The translations under genes were made by a program, and so were the position numbers. Source: Candidatus Foliamicus sp. (GTDB lineage: Bacteria > Pseudomonadota > Gammaproteobacteria > Steroidobacterales > Foliamicaceae). Taken from it: a stretch of 64,000 bases of DNA. Position 1 is the first letter of the stretch. Each line of letters starts with the position of its first letter. Shown here piece by piece: positions 1 to 11,065 of the stretch. The stretch is taken from assembly GCA_965238055.1 (NCBI GenBank), contig OZ250178.1, positions 2,841,184-2,905,183 on the forward strand, in the 5' to 3' direction. The notes below the pieces were generated by a model. The model had not been told where the DNA came from and did no database searches. It saw only the letters and a list, made by a program, of their open reading frames with translations.

Positions 1-894
<894 letters not shown>

Positions 895-897
895 AGC

Positions 898-2157
898 ATG
901 ACTACGATCGAAATCCGAACGCCGGAATTACCGGAGTCCGTGGCCGACGCCAAGGTGTTGGTCTGGCACAAGTCAGCCGGAGAAACCGTAACGCAGGATG
1001 AAAACCTCGCAGACCTTGAAACCGACAAGGTCGTGCTGGAAGTTCCGGCGCCCGTGGACGGCGTGCTGGAGAAAATCCTGGCGGAAACCGGCGCCGTTGT
1101 GAACGCGGGCGCCCCGCTGGCCACGATTGAACCGTCCGACGGCAGCGGAGCAGGGGCTTCTGAGGCGGCCGAGTCCAGCGGCGCGAGCAATGGCGCCGAC
1201 AGCACGGGCGAATCCACGCCGGCGCAAGAGTCGGTGGCGGTATCGCCCGCGGTTCGGCGGCTCCTGGAAGAGCATGATCTCGATATTTCCTCCATCAAGG
1301 GCACTGGCAGGAAGGGCCGGGTACTCAAGCGCGACGTTCTGGCGGTGCTGAGCAGCGCTTCAGGTGTGGCCACGGCAGCGCGGGTGGAAGAGCCGGAAAC
1401 CGCGGGAGTTGATGAGGGCGAGAGCGTTGAAGCCCCGGCCGGGGCGCCTCAGACCGCGCGCCAGGAGCGCCGGGAGACCATGAGCCGCTTGCGGGCGCGA
1501 ATCGCCCAGCGAATGGTGGAGTCGCAGCGCGAAGCGGCCATGCTGACCACCTTCAACGATGTGGACATGACCGCAGTTCTGGACCTGCGCCGCCGCCACG
1601 GCGACGCTTTCGAGTCCCGGCATGGCGTGCGCATGGGGTTCATGAGTTTTTTCGTGGCGGCCAGCGTTGCCGCTCTAAAGCGATACCCGGTGGTGAATGC
1701 CAGCGTAGAAGGCGACGAGATCATCTACCACGACTATTACGACATCGGGGTTGCGGTCTCCACCGACCGGGGGCTGCTAGTGCCGGTATTGCGTGATGCC
1801 GACAGGATGAGTTTCGCCACAGTTGAGCAGACCATCGGCGCCTTCGCTTCACGGGCGCGCGACGGGACCATTGGGCTGGATGAGTTGACCGGCGGAACCT
1901 TCACGATCACCAACGGCGGTGTGTTCGGATCATTGATGTCCACCCCGATTCTGAATCCTCCGCAAAGCGGCATCCTGGGAATGCACCGTTTCGAGCAGCG
2001 TGCCGTGGTGGTGGATGGAGAGATTGTTGCGAGGCCGATGATGCATCTGGCGCTGAGTTACGACCATCGGATCGTGGATGGCCGAGAAGCCGTGTTGTTC
2101 TTGACGACGGTGAAGAAAGTGATCGAAGAACCGGCCCGTCTTATTCTTGATACATAG
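898..2157 (+). CDS. sucB: dihydrolipoyllysine-residue succinyltransferase (E2o)
   Basis: N-terminal lipoyl domain (LADLETDKVVLEVPAP), Ala/Ser/Glu-rich linker, E3-binding region (SPAVRRLLEEHDLD) and catalytic domain ending in ...LSYDHRIVDGREAV. Starts 4 nt after sucA. Confidence 0.95.
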   Translation: MTTIEIRTPELPESVADAKVLVWHKSAGETVTQDENLADLETDKVVLEVPAPVDGVLEKILAETGAVVNAGAPLATIEPSDGSGAGASEAAESSGASNGADSTGESTPAQESVAVSPAVRRLLEEHDLDISSIKGTGRKGRVLKRDVLAVLSSASGVATAARVEEPETAGVDEGESVEAPAGAPQTARQERRETMSRLRARIAQRMVESQREAAMLTTFNDVDMTAVLDLRRRHGDAFESRHGVRMGFMSFFVAASVAALKRYPVVNASVEGDEIIYHDYYDIGVAVSTDRGLLVPVLRDADRMSFATVEQTIGAFASRARDGTIGLDELTGGTFTITNGGVFGSLMSTPILNPPQSGILGMHRFEQRAVVVDGEIVARPMMHLALSYDHRIVDGREAVLFLTTVKKVIEEPARLILDT

Positions 2158-2175
2158 TTGAGATATATTATATAG

Positions 2176-3603
2176 ATGACTGATAAATATGACTTAATCG
2201 TAATCGGTGGTGGACCCGCTGGTTACGTCGGGGCGATTCGCGCGGCGCAACTTGGCATGTCAGTGGCCTGCGTGGACGACTGGCGAGACGAGAAGGGCAA
2301 GGCCGCTTTGGGAGGCACCTGCCTTAATGCCGGTTGTATTCCATCGAAGGTATTACTTGAGTCGTCCGAGCTTTATCACCGGGCGCAATCCGAGTTCGCA
2401 GGTCACGGCATCATGATCTCGGAGACGAAGCTGGATCTCAAGGCGATGCAGGATCGCAAGAACCGCATTGTTCGCCAGCTGACCTCCGGCATCAATTCGC
2501 TGTTTCGCGCCAATGGCGTGACCGGCGTTGCCGGCCGGGGCCGCCTGCTGGCCGGCCGCGAGGTGGAAGTCACGCCGCATGACGGCGATCCGTATGTGCT
2601 CCACGCTGAGCATGTCATGTTGGCTGCGGGATCCCGCTCGGTGGAATTGTCGATCGCCCAATTCGACGGTGAGTACATCGTGGATTCGGAAGGAGCGCTT
2701 GAGTTCGAACGCCCGCCGCCGCGACTGGGCGTTATCGGTGGCGGCGTGATCGGGTTGGAACTGGGCAGCGTCTGGAACCGGCTCGGTTCCGAAGTCACCA
2801 TCCTGGAGGCCATGGACCGTTTCCTGTTCATGGCCGACAGCCAGGTGGCCCGCGAGGCCCAGCGGCAGTTCAAGCGCCAGGGGCTGGATACGCGCCTGGG
2901 CGCCCGCGTGGAGAGCGCCCGGCGTGTTGGCGACCAGGTCGAAGTTCGCTTCAGCGACCGGGAAGGTGATCATCACATCACCGTGGACCGGCTGGTAGTA
3001 GCGGTCGGCCGGGTGCCGGCTACCCATGGATTGATCGACGAGAACGCCGGTGTGGTGCTGACCGAAAGGGGCCATGTGCAGGTGGATGAGCAGTGCCGCA
3101 CCAGTGCCGACGGTGTCTGGGCGGTCGGCGACCTGGTTCGCGGGCCGATGCTGGCGCACAAGGGGTCCGAGGAAGGCATGATGGTTGCGGAAATCATTGC
3201 CGGGCGGTCGGCGGAAGTGAATTACGGGGCGATTCCGTCGGTGATCTATACCTCGCCGGAAATCGCCTGGGTGGGTAAGACCGAGGACGAGCTACAGGAA
3301 TCCGGCCAGCCGTACAAGGTGGGCGCATTCAATATGGCGGCCAATGGCCGAGCCAAGGCGATGGCGCAGGCCGCGGGGTTGGCGAAGTTCATTGCGGACC
3401 CGGATTCGGACGCGATCCTGGGCGTCCATATCGTCGGTCCGATGGCCGGCGAGCTGATCCAGGAGGCGGTACTGGCGATGGAGTTCGAAGCGAGCACCGA
3501 AGACTTGCAGCGAACCGTCCACGGCCATCCGACCCTATGCGAAGCGCTCCACGAGGCAGCGCTGTCCGTCGACAAGCGCGCAATCCACGCCATCAACCGC
3601 TGA
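2176..3603 (+). CDS. lpdA: dihydrolipoyl dehydrogenase (E3)
   Basis: FAD motif (VIGGGPAGY), redox-active disulfide (GGTCLNAGCIPSK), NAD motif (GVIGGGVIGLELG) and C-terminal HAHPTL-like HGHPTLCEA. Confidence 0.95.
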   Translation: MTDKYDLIVIGGGPAGYVGAIRAAQLGMSVACVDDWRDEKGKAALGGTCLNAGCIPSKVLLESSELYHRAQSEFAGHGIMISETKLDLKAMQDRKNRIVRQLTSGINSLFRANGVTGVAGRGRLLAGREVEVTPHDGDPYVLHAEHVMLAAGSRSVELSIAQFDGEYIVDSEGALEFERPPPRLGVIGGGVIGLELGSVWNRLGSEVTILEAMDRFLFMADSQVAREAQRQFKRQGLDTRLGARVESARRVGDQVEVRFSDREGDHHITVDRLVVAVGRVPATHGLIDENAGVVLTERGHVQVDEQCRTSADGVWAVGDLVRGPMLAHKGSEEGMMVAEIIAGRSAEVNYGAIPSVIYTSPEIAWVGKTEDELQESGQPYKVGAFNMAANGRAKAMAQAAGLAKFIADPDSDAILGVHIVGPMAGELIQEAVLAMEFEASTEDLQRTVHGHPTLCEALHEAALSVDKRAIHAINR

Positions 3604-3606
3604 GCC

Positions 3607-3630
3607 GGGAGGGAGGGCGTCCCGCCCTCT
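3607..3630. repeat. partial REP-like palindrome directly after the lpdA stop (GAGGGCG-TCC-CGCCCTC hairpin)
   Basis: 7-bp perfect stem at 3613-3619 / 3623-3629. Shares its core with the repeat family at 11085, 12429, 29474, 37678, 46445 and 47892. Possible terminator-like hairpin, but no T-tract follows. Confidence 0.5.
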
Positions 3631-3655
3631 TGGAAAGACATACTTAGCTCCTCGA

Positions 3656-3862
3656 CAATACGATAGCGAGCACGATGCAATACTCATAAGGGAAGACTAT
3701 CGGGATCCACCAACAACGGGGCCGTGGAAATACCCCGTGTTCAATGGATCTTTGATCGTTCACGAAGTCATGCACGCCGTCACCCAACAGACAGGAGACG
3801 TAGAGCATGGGTTGGTTGACGGGGCATGGAAGCTCTACATGTGGGAGGCGATGACGACAACG
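3656..3862 (+). pseudogene. orphan duplicated fragment of the downstream metalloprotease gene (HExxH region), no start codon
   Basis: 3656-3823 aligns to 5132-5299 with 8 mismatches by my manual alignment; a more diverged tail with a 2-nt indel follows. The fragment reads QYDSEHDAILIREDYRDPPTTGPWKYPVFNGSLIVHEVMHAVTQQTGDVEHGLVDG... but has no ATG or RBS. Confidence 0.6.
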
Positions 3863-3961
3863 CCCCTTCCACTCTGAAGTGCAACGCTCCGGGTACTTTT
3901 TCTGCTATGGTTGTGGGACCAAAAGAAACATAATGAAATTCAAACGAGTGAGAGTAGATCA

Positions 3962-5806
3962 ATGAAGAAGTTCGCTGTGATTGGGGTATCGTTGTTGGCG
4001 GCGCTTGCGGTTCTGACTTATGTTCTTTTGGCTGGCCATTCTGACGATGCGGAGGACAGGAAGGAAACCGCGCCTGCCGATACGCTTTCTGATAATTCGG
4101 CCGGCGCGGCGGCGACCGGTTCCGCTGGCGGGGAAGAGGCAGATGCGGCGTTACAGTTGATATTGGAAGGGCCAGTTCGGGATAGCGCCAAATCGGGCGC
4201 GAAAACGAAGTTTGACCTGTATCGTGGAGAAATCGGGTATGTGGACGTGGATTCCATTCTGCAAGACCGCGATCCGTACAGCATCGTTGCCTTGCTGCAG
4301 CAACACCGTGCTCATACTGGTGCAGGCGAATTGCTGGAACTGGAAATCGAGTCGACAGTTAGACTTCCCAGGGGATACAGCGCGGATTTCGTTCAAGTGA
4401 TTCGGGCCACGTCAACGGAAGCGAGAGGAACTGTGGCTTTCGACTCCAGCGGTGCGGTATACACCGTCTACGGCGATCTCTTCGATCCAGAAGCGGCGGG
4501 GGTTGGCAACATCGTTATTTTGCAAGCCGAGGCCGAAGCAAAAGCTCTTGAGGCCGCGCGCCGTTTTTCGGAACCCCGCCGGGTTGGGTTCGACGAACGC
4601 GGGGAGCCCTTGAAAATGGAGGCGTCGCCTGGGGAGTTGCGCTACGCTCTTGATCCGGGCAATGCATTGCGCGCGGAATGGCGTGTGCCGGTTTCGATAT
4701 ACGGTCCGCCCTTCAGTGTGGAGGTATTGGTGGCTGCGGAGACGGGTGAGGTTCTCAACGTGAAAAGTCTTATCGTACCAGCGGTCGCTTCGACGGGATG
4801 CTCGGAACTGACCTTCCGCGTGTGCGATGCATCAACGATGGTAACAAATAGTAGGTCATCATGCGGAGAAGGCGTTTTTGATGGTGGGAAACCCATACTT
4901 GACGGGGACAATTGCGTGGCGCCAGCAGGACAAAGGGACAAGTGCACAGAAGCCCGTTACACCGGCATCAGGAACAATGCCAACAAGATTCGGGATTACG
5001 TCAAGCGTATTGGCACGTCGGCCGAAACGGACTACCTTGCGGGCGTGGGGGGAGAAGATTGCAAGGTTGACATATTGATCAACGTGGATACGGATCTAAT
5101 GGAGCGCGTCCAGGGAAGACGCGCAGATGGGCAATACGATAGCGAGCAGGATTCAATACTCATTAGAGAAGACTATCGGGATCCACCAACAACGGGGCCG
5201 TGGAAATACCCCGTGTTCACGGAATCTTTGATCGTTCACGAAGTCATGCACGCCGTCACCCAACGGACAGGAGACGTAGAGCATGGGTTGGTTGACGGGA
5301 TGGAAGCGCTACACATGGGCGGCGACAACGACAGCAATTGGACGTACGGCAACAAGGATTTTACGAAGGGTCAGAAGATCTACGGACGGGATACGCATAC
5401 CGTTGTCGGTAACGCGATCTATCGCATTTACAAGAGAATGGGGGCTCAGCACAAGGACGAAGTGTTTCGATTTGCCTTGGAGGTTGAAAAAAAGAGGCCC
5501 ACCAGCTTGGGCGGCTTCCGGCAAGAGTTGACCACAGTGGCCAGGAGTTTTCCAGAGGCGTTTCAACGAGCGGTGGCCCACGTTCTGGTTGAAATGGGAA
5601 TCAACGACCCCGTGGCCGGTACGGTTCCGATATCCTTGCTGCGGTTCATCGCAGCCAAAATGAGAGAACTCGCCCTAATACTCCCGGGGGACGACGATGT
5701 GGCATGGGTAAGCGCGGCGGCGGAGGAAGCCGAGAGAGAGATTCGAAGGAGGTTGGGTTTGGACAACAATCAGGTTCTGAGAAATAGCCGCAGACGTGGG
5801 GGCTAG
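3962..5806 (+). CDS. secreted/membrane-anchored putative zinc metalloprotease (HExxH), family not recognised
   Basis: ATG at 3962 gives MKKFAVIGVSLLAALAVLTYVLLAG (signal/anchor). The HEVMHAV motif sits at about aa 390. The listed ORF start at 3911 is less likely. Confidence 0.7.
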   Translation: MKKFAVIGVSLLAALAVLTYVLLAGHSDDAEDRKETAPADTLSDNSAGAAATGSAGGEEADAALQLILEGPVRDSAKSGAKTKFDLYRGEIGYVDVDSILQDRDPYSIVALLQQHRAHTGAGELLELEIESTVRLPRGYSADFVQVIRATSTEARGTVAFDSSGAVYTVYGDLFDPEAAGVGNIVILQAEAEAKALEAARRFSEPRRVGFDERGEPLKMEASPGELRYALDPGNALRAEWRVPVSIYGPPFSVEVLVAAETGEVLNVKSLIVPAVASTGCSELTFRVCDASTMVTNSRSSCGEGVFDGGKPILDGDNCVAPAGQRDKCTEARYTGIRNNANKIRDYVKRIGTSAETDYLAGVGGEDCKVDILINVDTDLMERVQGRRADGQYDSEQDSILIREDYRDPPTTGPWKYPVFTESLIVHEVMHAVTQRTGDVEHGLVDGMEALHMGGDNDSNWTYGNKDFTKGQKIYGRDTHTVVGNAIYRIYKRMGAQHKDEVFRFALEVEKKRPTSLGGFRQELTTVARSFPEAFQRAVAHVLVEMGINDPVAGTVPISLLRFIAAKMRELALILPGDDDVAWVSAAAEEAEREIRRRLGLDNNQVLRNSRRRGG

Positions 5807-5974
5807 CAAGGGATTCCGGCAGCAAGAGGTTGCCCTGTTGCGATTGGGAGGTGCGCCAGAGTCGTAGCCGAACACTTTGTCTGGCCGCACGACTGAAGCC
5901 GTCCAGCAGACAAAGACAAGAGTGCTCAGTTTACCGGCGTAAGGGATCGGCGGTGCTGGTATCATGAGGGTCCC

Positions 5975-6712
5975 ATGGCGGGGCACTCAAAGTGGGCCAA
6001 TATCCAGCACCGCAAGGGCAGGCAGGACGCCAAACGCGGTCGGCTCTTTACACGCCTGGCGCGAGAGATTGCGGTAGCCGCGCGCATGGGCGGAGCGGAC
6101 CCGGTCAATAACCCGCAACTCAGGCTCGCGATCGAGAAAGCCCGCGCCCAGAGCCTTCCCAAGGACAACATCAATCGGGCGATTAGCCGTGGCGCGAGCG
6201 GCGGCGAGGGCGCGGACCTGGAAGAGGTCACTTATGAAGGTTACAGCGCCGGCGGAGCCGCCATCCTGCTGCGCTGCCTGACTGACAACCGTAACCGTAC
6301 GGTCGCCGACGTGCGGCACGCTTTCAGCCGTCATGGCGGTAACCTGGGCGCCGACGGCGCAGTGGCGTACCTGTTCAACGAAGTGGCCGTGTTCACCTAT
6401 TCTCCCGGTTGCGACGAGGCGGCGATAATCGACGCAGCGATCGAGGGCGGGGCCGAAGACGTGGTGAGCGATGACGACGGCACGGTGGAAGTGCTGGCGG
6501 ATCCGCGCGACTTTTCTGTCGTCCTTGAGGCGCTGCGCGGCGCGGAGCTACCCGCGGAAAATGCCGAAGTCACGATGCGCGCTTCCATGGACGCGCCCCT
6601 GGACACAAAGCGTTCCGAACAGGCGCTCAAACTGCTTGAGTATCTGCAGGACCTGGATGATGTGCAAGACGTTTGGACCAACGCCGAACTGCAACCGGTT
6701 GACGGCGGCTGA
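5975..6712 (+). CDS. yebC: YebC/PmpR family DNA-binding transcriptional regulator
   Basis: MAGHSKWANIQHRKGRQDAKRG... is the canonical YebC N-terminus. Located upstream of ruvC, as in many proteobacteria. Confidence 0.93.
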   Translation: MAGHSKWANIQHRKGRQDAKRGRLFTRLAREIAVAARMGGADPVNNPQLRLAIEKARAQSLPKDNINRAISRGASGGEGADLEEVTYEGYSAGGAAILLRCLTDNRNRTVADVRHAFSRHGGNLGADGAVAYLFNEVAVFTYSPGCDEAAIIDAAIEGGAEDVVSDDDGTVEVLADPRDFSVVLEALRGAELPAENAEVTMRASMDAPLDTKRSEQALKLLEYLQDLDDVQDVWTNAELQPVDGG

Positions 6713-6719
6713 CTGAACA

Positions 6720-7253
6720 ATGAGCGCGCCGGTCCGGATTATGGGTGTGGATCCCGGTTCCCGATTTACCGGCTGGGGCGTCATCAAGAGCGACGGTGTC
6801 GAAAGCCGCTATATAGCCAGCGGGCGCATTGTGCTTCCCGGCAGCCAGCCTATGGGAGAACGCCTGGTCAAAATCTTCACCGAACTGGGTGAAATCGCGC
6901 GGCAGCAGGAGGTGGAGGCGGCGGCGCTGGAGACCGTATTCATGCACAAGAATGCGCAAAGCGCGCTCAAACTTGGCCAGGCGCGCGGCGCCGCCCTTTG
7001 CTCGCTGATCATGGCCGGAGTGAACGAGACCGCCGAGTATTCGCCCAGGCGCGTCAAGCAGGCCGTTTGCGGCTACGGCGCCGCGGGTAAGGACCAGGTG
7101 AAGGCCATGGTTGCCCGCCTTCTGAACTATGACGGCGAACTGGCCGAGGACGAAGCGGATGGCCTGGCCCTGGGAATCTGCCATGCGCACCATCGACGCA
7201 TGGCTTTGCGGACCGGCGTGGCGCACGGTCAAACCGCGAAAGCCGCGTCATGA
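6720..7253 (+). CDS. ruvC: crossover junction endodeoxyribonuclease RuvC
   Basis: RIMGVDPGSRFTGWGVI N-terminus (catalytic Asp) and C-terminal DEADGLALGICHAH. Operon with ruvA and ruvB. Confidence 0.93.
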   Translation: MSAPVRIMGVDPGSRFTGWGVIKSDGVESRYIASGRIVLPGSQPMGERLVKIFTELGEIARQQEVEAAALETVFMHKNAQSALKLGQARGAALCSLIMAGVNETAEYSPRRVKQAVCGYGAAGKDQVKAMVARLLNYDGELAEDEADGLALGICHAHHRRMALRTGVAHGQTAKAAS

Positions 7254-7825
7254 TCGGTTCGCTGCGCGGAAAGCTGGTCGCCGTGGAGCCGCCGGTCATT
7301 CTGCTGGACGTGCATGGCGTGGGCTTTGAGCTGCAGATGCCTCTGAGCGACCTGTCGGAATTACCGCTTATCGGCGAAACCCTGAGCGTGACCACCGAGT
7401 TGGTTCAGCGCGACGACGAGCTCACCTTGTACGGCTTCAAGAAAGCCGCCGACCGCGCCTGGTTTCGGGAGCTTGTCCGCGTACCCGGTATCGGACCCAA
7501 GCTGGCGCTGAATATCGTGGCGCAGAGTGGGATTGCGGAGTTTGCCGAGCAGGTGCAGGCCGGCGACGTGAAAGCCCTGACTCGCCTGCCGGGCATCGGT
7601 CCCAAGACCGCCGGCCGCCTGATCGTGGAGATGCGGGGCCGTTTGGAGACCATGCCGGCGGACGGGCAATCCAGCGCAGCCAACCTGGCGCTCAAGGCAC
7701 TGACCGGACTGGGCTACACCGCGGTCGAGGCCGGGCGGATGCTCAAGCAGGTCGGCGATCCCGCTGGCCGGAAGGTGGAAGAGCTGGTGCGCGAAGCGCT
7801 AGCCGGAGGGCAGTCGGAATCGTGA
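7250..7825 (+). CDS. ruvA: Holliday junction branch migration complex subunit RuvA
   Basis: [10 protein letters not shown]... start and two HhH motifs ([21 protein letters not shown]). 4-nt overlaps with ruvC and ruvB. Confidence 0.93.
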   Translation: MIGSLRGKLVAVEPPVILLDVHGVGFELQMPLSDLSELPLIGETLSVTTELVQRDDELTLYGFKKAADRAWFRELVRVPGIGPKLALNIVAQSGIAEFAEQVQAGDVKALTRLPGIGPKTAGRLIVEMRGRLETMPADGQSSAANLALKALTGLGYTAVEAGRMLKQVGDPAGRKVEELVREALAGGQSES

Positions 7826-8874
7826 GCGAGGCCATGGATAAGGAGCAGATTCTCTCTGCGCAGCCTCGCGCCGATGAAAAGGCAGTGGAAAACTCCGTCA
7901 GGCCACAACGCATGTCGGAATTTCTGGGTCAGAAGCAGGTCAAGGAACGCATCCAGATCAGCGTGACCGCAGCCTCCAGGCGAGGCGAGGCGATGGATCA
8001 CACGCTGCTGTATGGCCCGCCCGGACTGGGCAAGACCACCCTGGCCCAGGTGATTGCGCGCGAACTGGGAGTGAGCTTGAGGCATACCTCCGGCCCGGTA
8101 CTGGAGAGGCCCGGCGATCTCGCGGCCTTGCTGACGCAGCTCAGCGCCAAAGACGTATTGTTCGTGGACGAAATACATCGGCTGAACCCGGTCGTGCAGG
8201 AGTTGCTCTATCCGGCGATGGAGGATTTCCGGCTGGACATCGTTATCGGCGAGGGGCCGGCCGCCCACACCATGCGGCTGGAGCTCAAGCCCTTCACGCT
8301 TGTAGGGGCCACGACCCGCGCTGGTTTGCTCTCGTCGCCGCTGCGCGACCGTTTCGGGATCCAGGAGCGGCTTGAGTTGTACTCCAAGGAAGAGCTGCAA
8401 CGCATTGTGCTGCGCTCGGCGGGCATTATGGACATTCCCTGCACAGGCAACGGCGCGGCGGAACTCGCCGGCCGCGCCCGGGGCACGCCCCGGGTGGCCA
8501 ACCGGCTGCTGCGGCGGGCGCGCGATTACGCGGAAGTGCGAGCCGATGGAAGCGTCAGCGGCGAGACGGCGGCGGCGGCCATGAAGCTCTACAACGTGCA
8601 TGCAAACGGTCTCGACCGCATGGACCGCCGGCTGTTGGGCGTGCTGGTGGAGCGTTTCAACGGCGGACCGGCGGGTGTCGGCGCGCTGGCGGCTGCAATC
8701 GGCGAAGACCGTGGCACGATCGAGGACGTGTACGAGCCGTTTCTGGTTCGCGCAGGCTTCGTTTTGCGCACCGCGCGCGGCCGGGTTGCGGGGCCCGCGG
8801 CCTACTCGGCATTGGGGCTTAAGAAACCCGGCAGTCGGGGTGATAATCCGCTCCTTGAGGGCCTGGAAGATTGA
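7822..8874 (+). CDS. ruvB: Holliday junction branch migration DNA helicase RuvB
   Basis: Walker A ([11 protein letters not shown]), Walker B ([10 protein letters not shown]) and sensor ([16 protein letters not shown]). Confidence 0.96.
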   Translation: MSEAMDKEQILSAQPRADEKAVENSVRPQRMSEFLGQKQVKERIQISVTAASRRGEAMDHTLLYGPPGLGKTTLAQVIARELGVSLRHTSGPVLERPGDLAALLTQLSAKDVLFVDEIHRLNPVVQELLYPAMEDFRLDIVIGEGPAAHTMRLELKPFTLVGATTRAGLLSSPLRDRFGIQERLELYSKEELQRIVLRSAGIMDIPCTGNGAAELAGRARGTPRVANRLLRRARDYAEVRADGSVSGETAAAAMKLYNVHANGLDRMDRRLLGVLVERFNGGPAGVGALAAAIGEDRGTIEDVYEPFLVRAGFVLRTARGRVAGPAAYSALGLKKPGSRGDNPLLEGLED

Positions 8875-8927
8875 GGAAGGTTTTATGAACACATTGAGGC
8901 GAAAAAGTGGGTGAAGTCAGCACAAAC

Positions 8928-9611
8928 ATGGAATTCTGGGACCTGATCGTCAGCGCCACACTAACGGTGCAGTTGGTTATGGCGCTGCTGCTGCTGGCTT
9001 CGATCGTGTCCTGGATCATCATCTTTCAGCGGCGGGTCCTGCTGAGCAAAGCCGAGCGTGACCTGGGGGATTTTGAACAGGCTTTCAAGGAGCGTGACAG
9101 CCTGGAATCGCTGTTTGTTGCACTTTCGCGCAAGAAGAGCCGCAGTTCGACCGGTATGGCTTGGGTGTTCGAGGCCGGAATGCGCGAATTTCATCGCCAG
9201 GCCGCGCGTGGGAAGACCGATCCCCAGCGTCTGGTGGAAGTGGGCCGCCGCGAAATGCGCCTGGCGCAGATGAACGAACTGGAGCGGCTGGAGCGCGGTC
9301 TGCCCTGGCTTGCCACTATCGGCTCGGTCAGCCCCTACGTGGGACTGTTCGGGACCGTGTGGGGCATCATGAATTCGTTCCGGGCTCTGGGTAATGTTGA
9401 ATCCGCCACCATCTCGCTGGTGGCGCCGGGGATCGCTGAGGCACTGATCGCAACGGCCATGGGCCTGTTCGCCGCAATCCCGGCGGTAATCGCCTATAAC
9501 CGTTATGCATACCGGGTGGGCAACCTGGAAATCCGCTACCAGGCGTACCGGGAAGAGTGCGTGACATTGTTGAGCGAGCACGCCCATACCGATTTTGAAC
9601 TGAGCGTTTAG
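8928..9611 (+). CDS. tolQ: Tol-Pal system protein TolQ (MotA/TolQ/ExbB proton channel)
   Basis: MEFWDLIVSATLTVQLVMALLLLASIVSWIIIFQR resembles the TolQ N-terminus; C-terminal ...GIAEALIATAMGLFAAIPAVIAYN. Alternative GTG start at 8907. No ybgC-like thioesterase lies between ruvB and tolQ. Confidence 0.92.
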   Translation: MEFWDLIVSATLTVQLVMALLLLASIVSWIIIFQRRVLLSKAERDLGDFEQAFKERDSLESLFVALSRKKSRSSTGMAWVFEAGMREFHRQAARGKTDPQRLVEVGRREMRLAQMNELERLERGLPWLATIGSVSPYVGLFGTVWGIMNSFRALGNVESATISLVAPGIAEALIATAMGLFAAIPAVIAYNRYAYRVGNLEIRYQAYREECVTLLSEHAHTDFELSV

Positions 9612-9620
9612 GAAGGTAAC

Positions 9621-10049
9621 GTGAAGCGCCGCCAGCTGGTCAATGAAATCAACGTCGTTCCGTACATCGACGTCATGCTGGTCCTGCTGGTGATCTTCAT
9701 GATCACCGCGCCATTGCTCACGCAGGGTATCCGTGTGGACCTGCCGCGGCTGGCCGCCGAGCCTTTGCCCCAGGACCTGATTCGCGAGAACAAGCCGCTG
9801 GTTCTTACCGTTGATGCCGAAGGAAAAATGTACCTGAACATTGGTGAGGACCCGCAGGAGGCCCTGGAGTCCCCGGTGGTGGTGGCACGTACTGCCGCCG
9901 TGCTGCAGCGCAGGCCGGACACGCCGGTACTGGTGCGCGCCAGTGAGCAGTTGCCGTATGGCGACGTGGTCACGGTAATGGGGCTTCTGGTTCGGGCCGG
10001 CGCGGACAAGGTGGGCCTGGTAACGCGGCCGCTTCCGATGGAGGAATGA
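9621..10049 (+). CDS. tolR: Tol-Pal system protein TolR (ExbD/TolR family)
   Basis: EINVVPYIDVMLVLLVIFMITAP with the conserved Asp in the TM helix. GTG start. Lies between tolQ and tolA. Confidence 0.9.
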   Translation: MKRRQLVNEINVVPYIDVMLVLLVIFMITAPLLTQGIRVDLPRLAAEPLPQDLIRENKPLVLTVDAEGKMYLNIGEDPQEALESPVVVARTAAVLQRRPDTPVLVRASEQLPYGDVVTVMGLLVRAGADKVGLVTRPLPMEE

Positions 10050-11065
10050 TGGACCGCCCCAAGGCGTTCGTTGCGCGTGCAATACAGGCCTTGCGTGTGG
10101 GCGCCAATCCCAGGACGCCCGGCGCCAATCCGCATGCGCCTCCGATTCCCATGTTGCGGCCCTGTTCCTACTCAGTGCTTGGGCATGTGGCGGTGGTGGC
10201 GTTCATGCTGATCGGCTTTACGGCGCGAACCCAGCCTGACGAACCAGCGTTCGGAACCATTGCCATTGACGGGGTGGTGCTGGACGACGAGGCGGTGAAG
10301 CGGGAGATCCAGCGTCTCGATGACCTGGAACGCGCCGCTGTCATTGAACGGGAAGAAGAGGTGGAGCGCCTCCGCAAGCAGATTAAGGAACAGCAGGAGC
10401 AACAGCAGCGCCGGGAAAGGGAGCTGAGCTCCTTGAGTTCGCAGACGGAGGAGGCCCGGCGAAACCTCAGCGAGCAGCAGACCCAGGCCAGCCGCCAACT
10501 CACGGAGATGCAAGAGCGCCAGGAGAAGGAGCGCGAGCGGCTGGCACAGATCGAACGGGACCGCAAGGCCGAGGAGGAGCGGGTCAAGGTGGCCGAAGCC
10601 GAGCGGCAAAAGGCCGAGGCGGAACGGCTAATAGCCCAGGAAGAAGCGAGCAAATTGACCGAGGAGGCCGAGGAAGCCGAACGTCGGCTTGCAGAAACCG
10701 AACGCAAGAAACGCGAAGCCGAGTTGGCCGAACAGATTCGTAAAGATATGGAGGCAGAGCGGCGCCAAAATATGATTGATTCCGGCCTGCTCGACGAGTA
10801 CAAGGCGCGGATTCGGCAAAGAATCGAGAGCAACTGGGTGCGGCCGGCAGCCACCCGCGAAGACCTGGTATGGGTCGTGCTGCTGGACGTGCTGCCGGGT
10901 AATGAGGTCGATGAAATCCATTTTGAGCAATTCAACGGAACGGACACGGATCGCCGATCTATCGAAGCTGCGATTCGCCGCTCTTCGCCATTGCCGGCGC
11001 CGCCGGAGCCAGAACTATTCGAGCGGCAATTGCGCTTACGTTATCCGCCCCCGGACTCGAACTGA
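10046..11065 (+). CDS. tolA: Tol-Pal system protein TolA
   Basis: N-terminal TM helix, a long E/K/R/A/Q-rich helical domain (ERERLAQIERDRKAEEERVKVAEAERQKAEAE...) and a C-terminal TolA-III-like domain. Position between tolR and tolB. Confidence 0.85.
   Translation: MMDRPKAFVARAIQALRVGANPRTPGANPHAPPIPMLRPCSYSVLGHVAVVAFMLIGFTARTQPDEPAFGTIAIDGVVLDDEAVKREIQRLDDLERAAVIEREEEVERLRKQIKEQQEQQQRRERELSSLSSQTEEARRNLSEQQTQASRQLTEMQERQEKERERLAQIERDRKAEEERVKVAEAERQKAEAERLIAQEEASKLTEEAEEAERRLAETERKKREAELAEQIRKDMEAERRQNMIDSGLLDEYKARIRQRIESNWVRPAATREDLVWVVLLDVLPGNEVDEIHFEQFNGTDTDRRSIEAAIRRSSPLPAPPEPELFERQLRLRYPPPDSN

Noticed and set aside
2353-3159. 268-aa minus-strand ORF inside lpdA, and similar long antisense ORFs in czcA, the amidohydrolases and the FAD oxidoreductase
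   Set aside because: All lie antisense to genes with clear family motifs and have skewed Arg/Gly/His/Pro composition characteristic of GC-rich shadow frames.
7714-8892. 392-aa minus-strand ORF covering ruvB
   Set aside because: Antisense shadow ORF, typical of GC-rich DNA with an Arg/Ala/Gly/Pro-rich translation. The + strand encodes an unmistakable RuvB with Walker A and B motifs.
8961-10082. 373-aa minus-strand ORF across tolQ and tolR
   Set aside because: Antisense to two well-supported Tol genes. It spans their intergenic gap and has no motif.
10168-10947. 259-aa and 145-aa minus-strand ORFs inside tolA
   Set aside because: Low-complexity Ser/Arg-rich mirror of the E/K/R-rich TolA helical domain.
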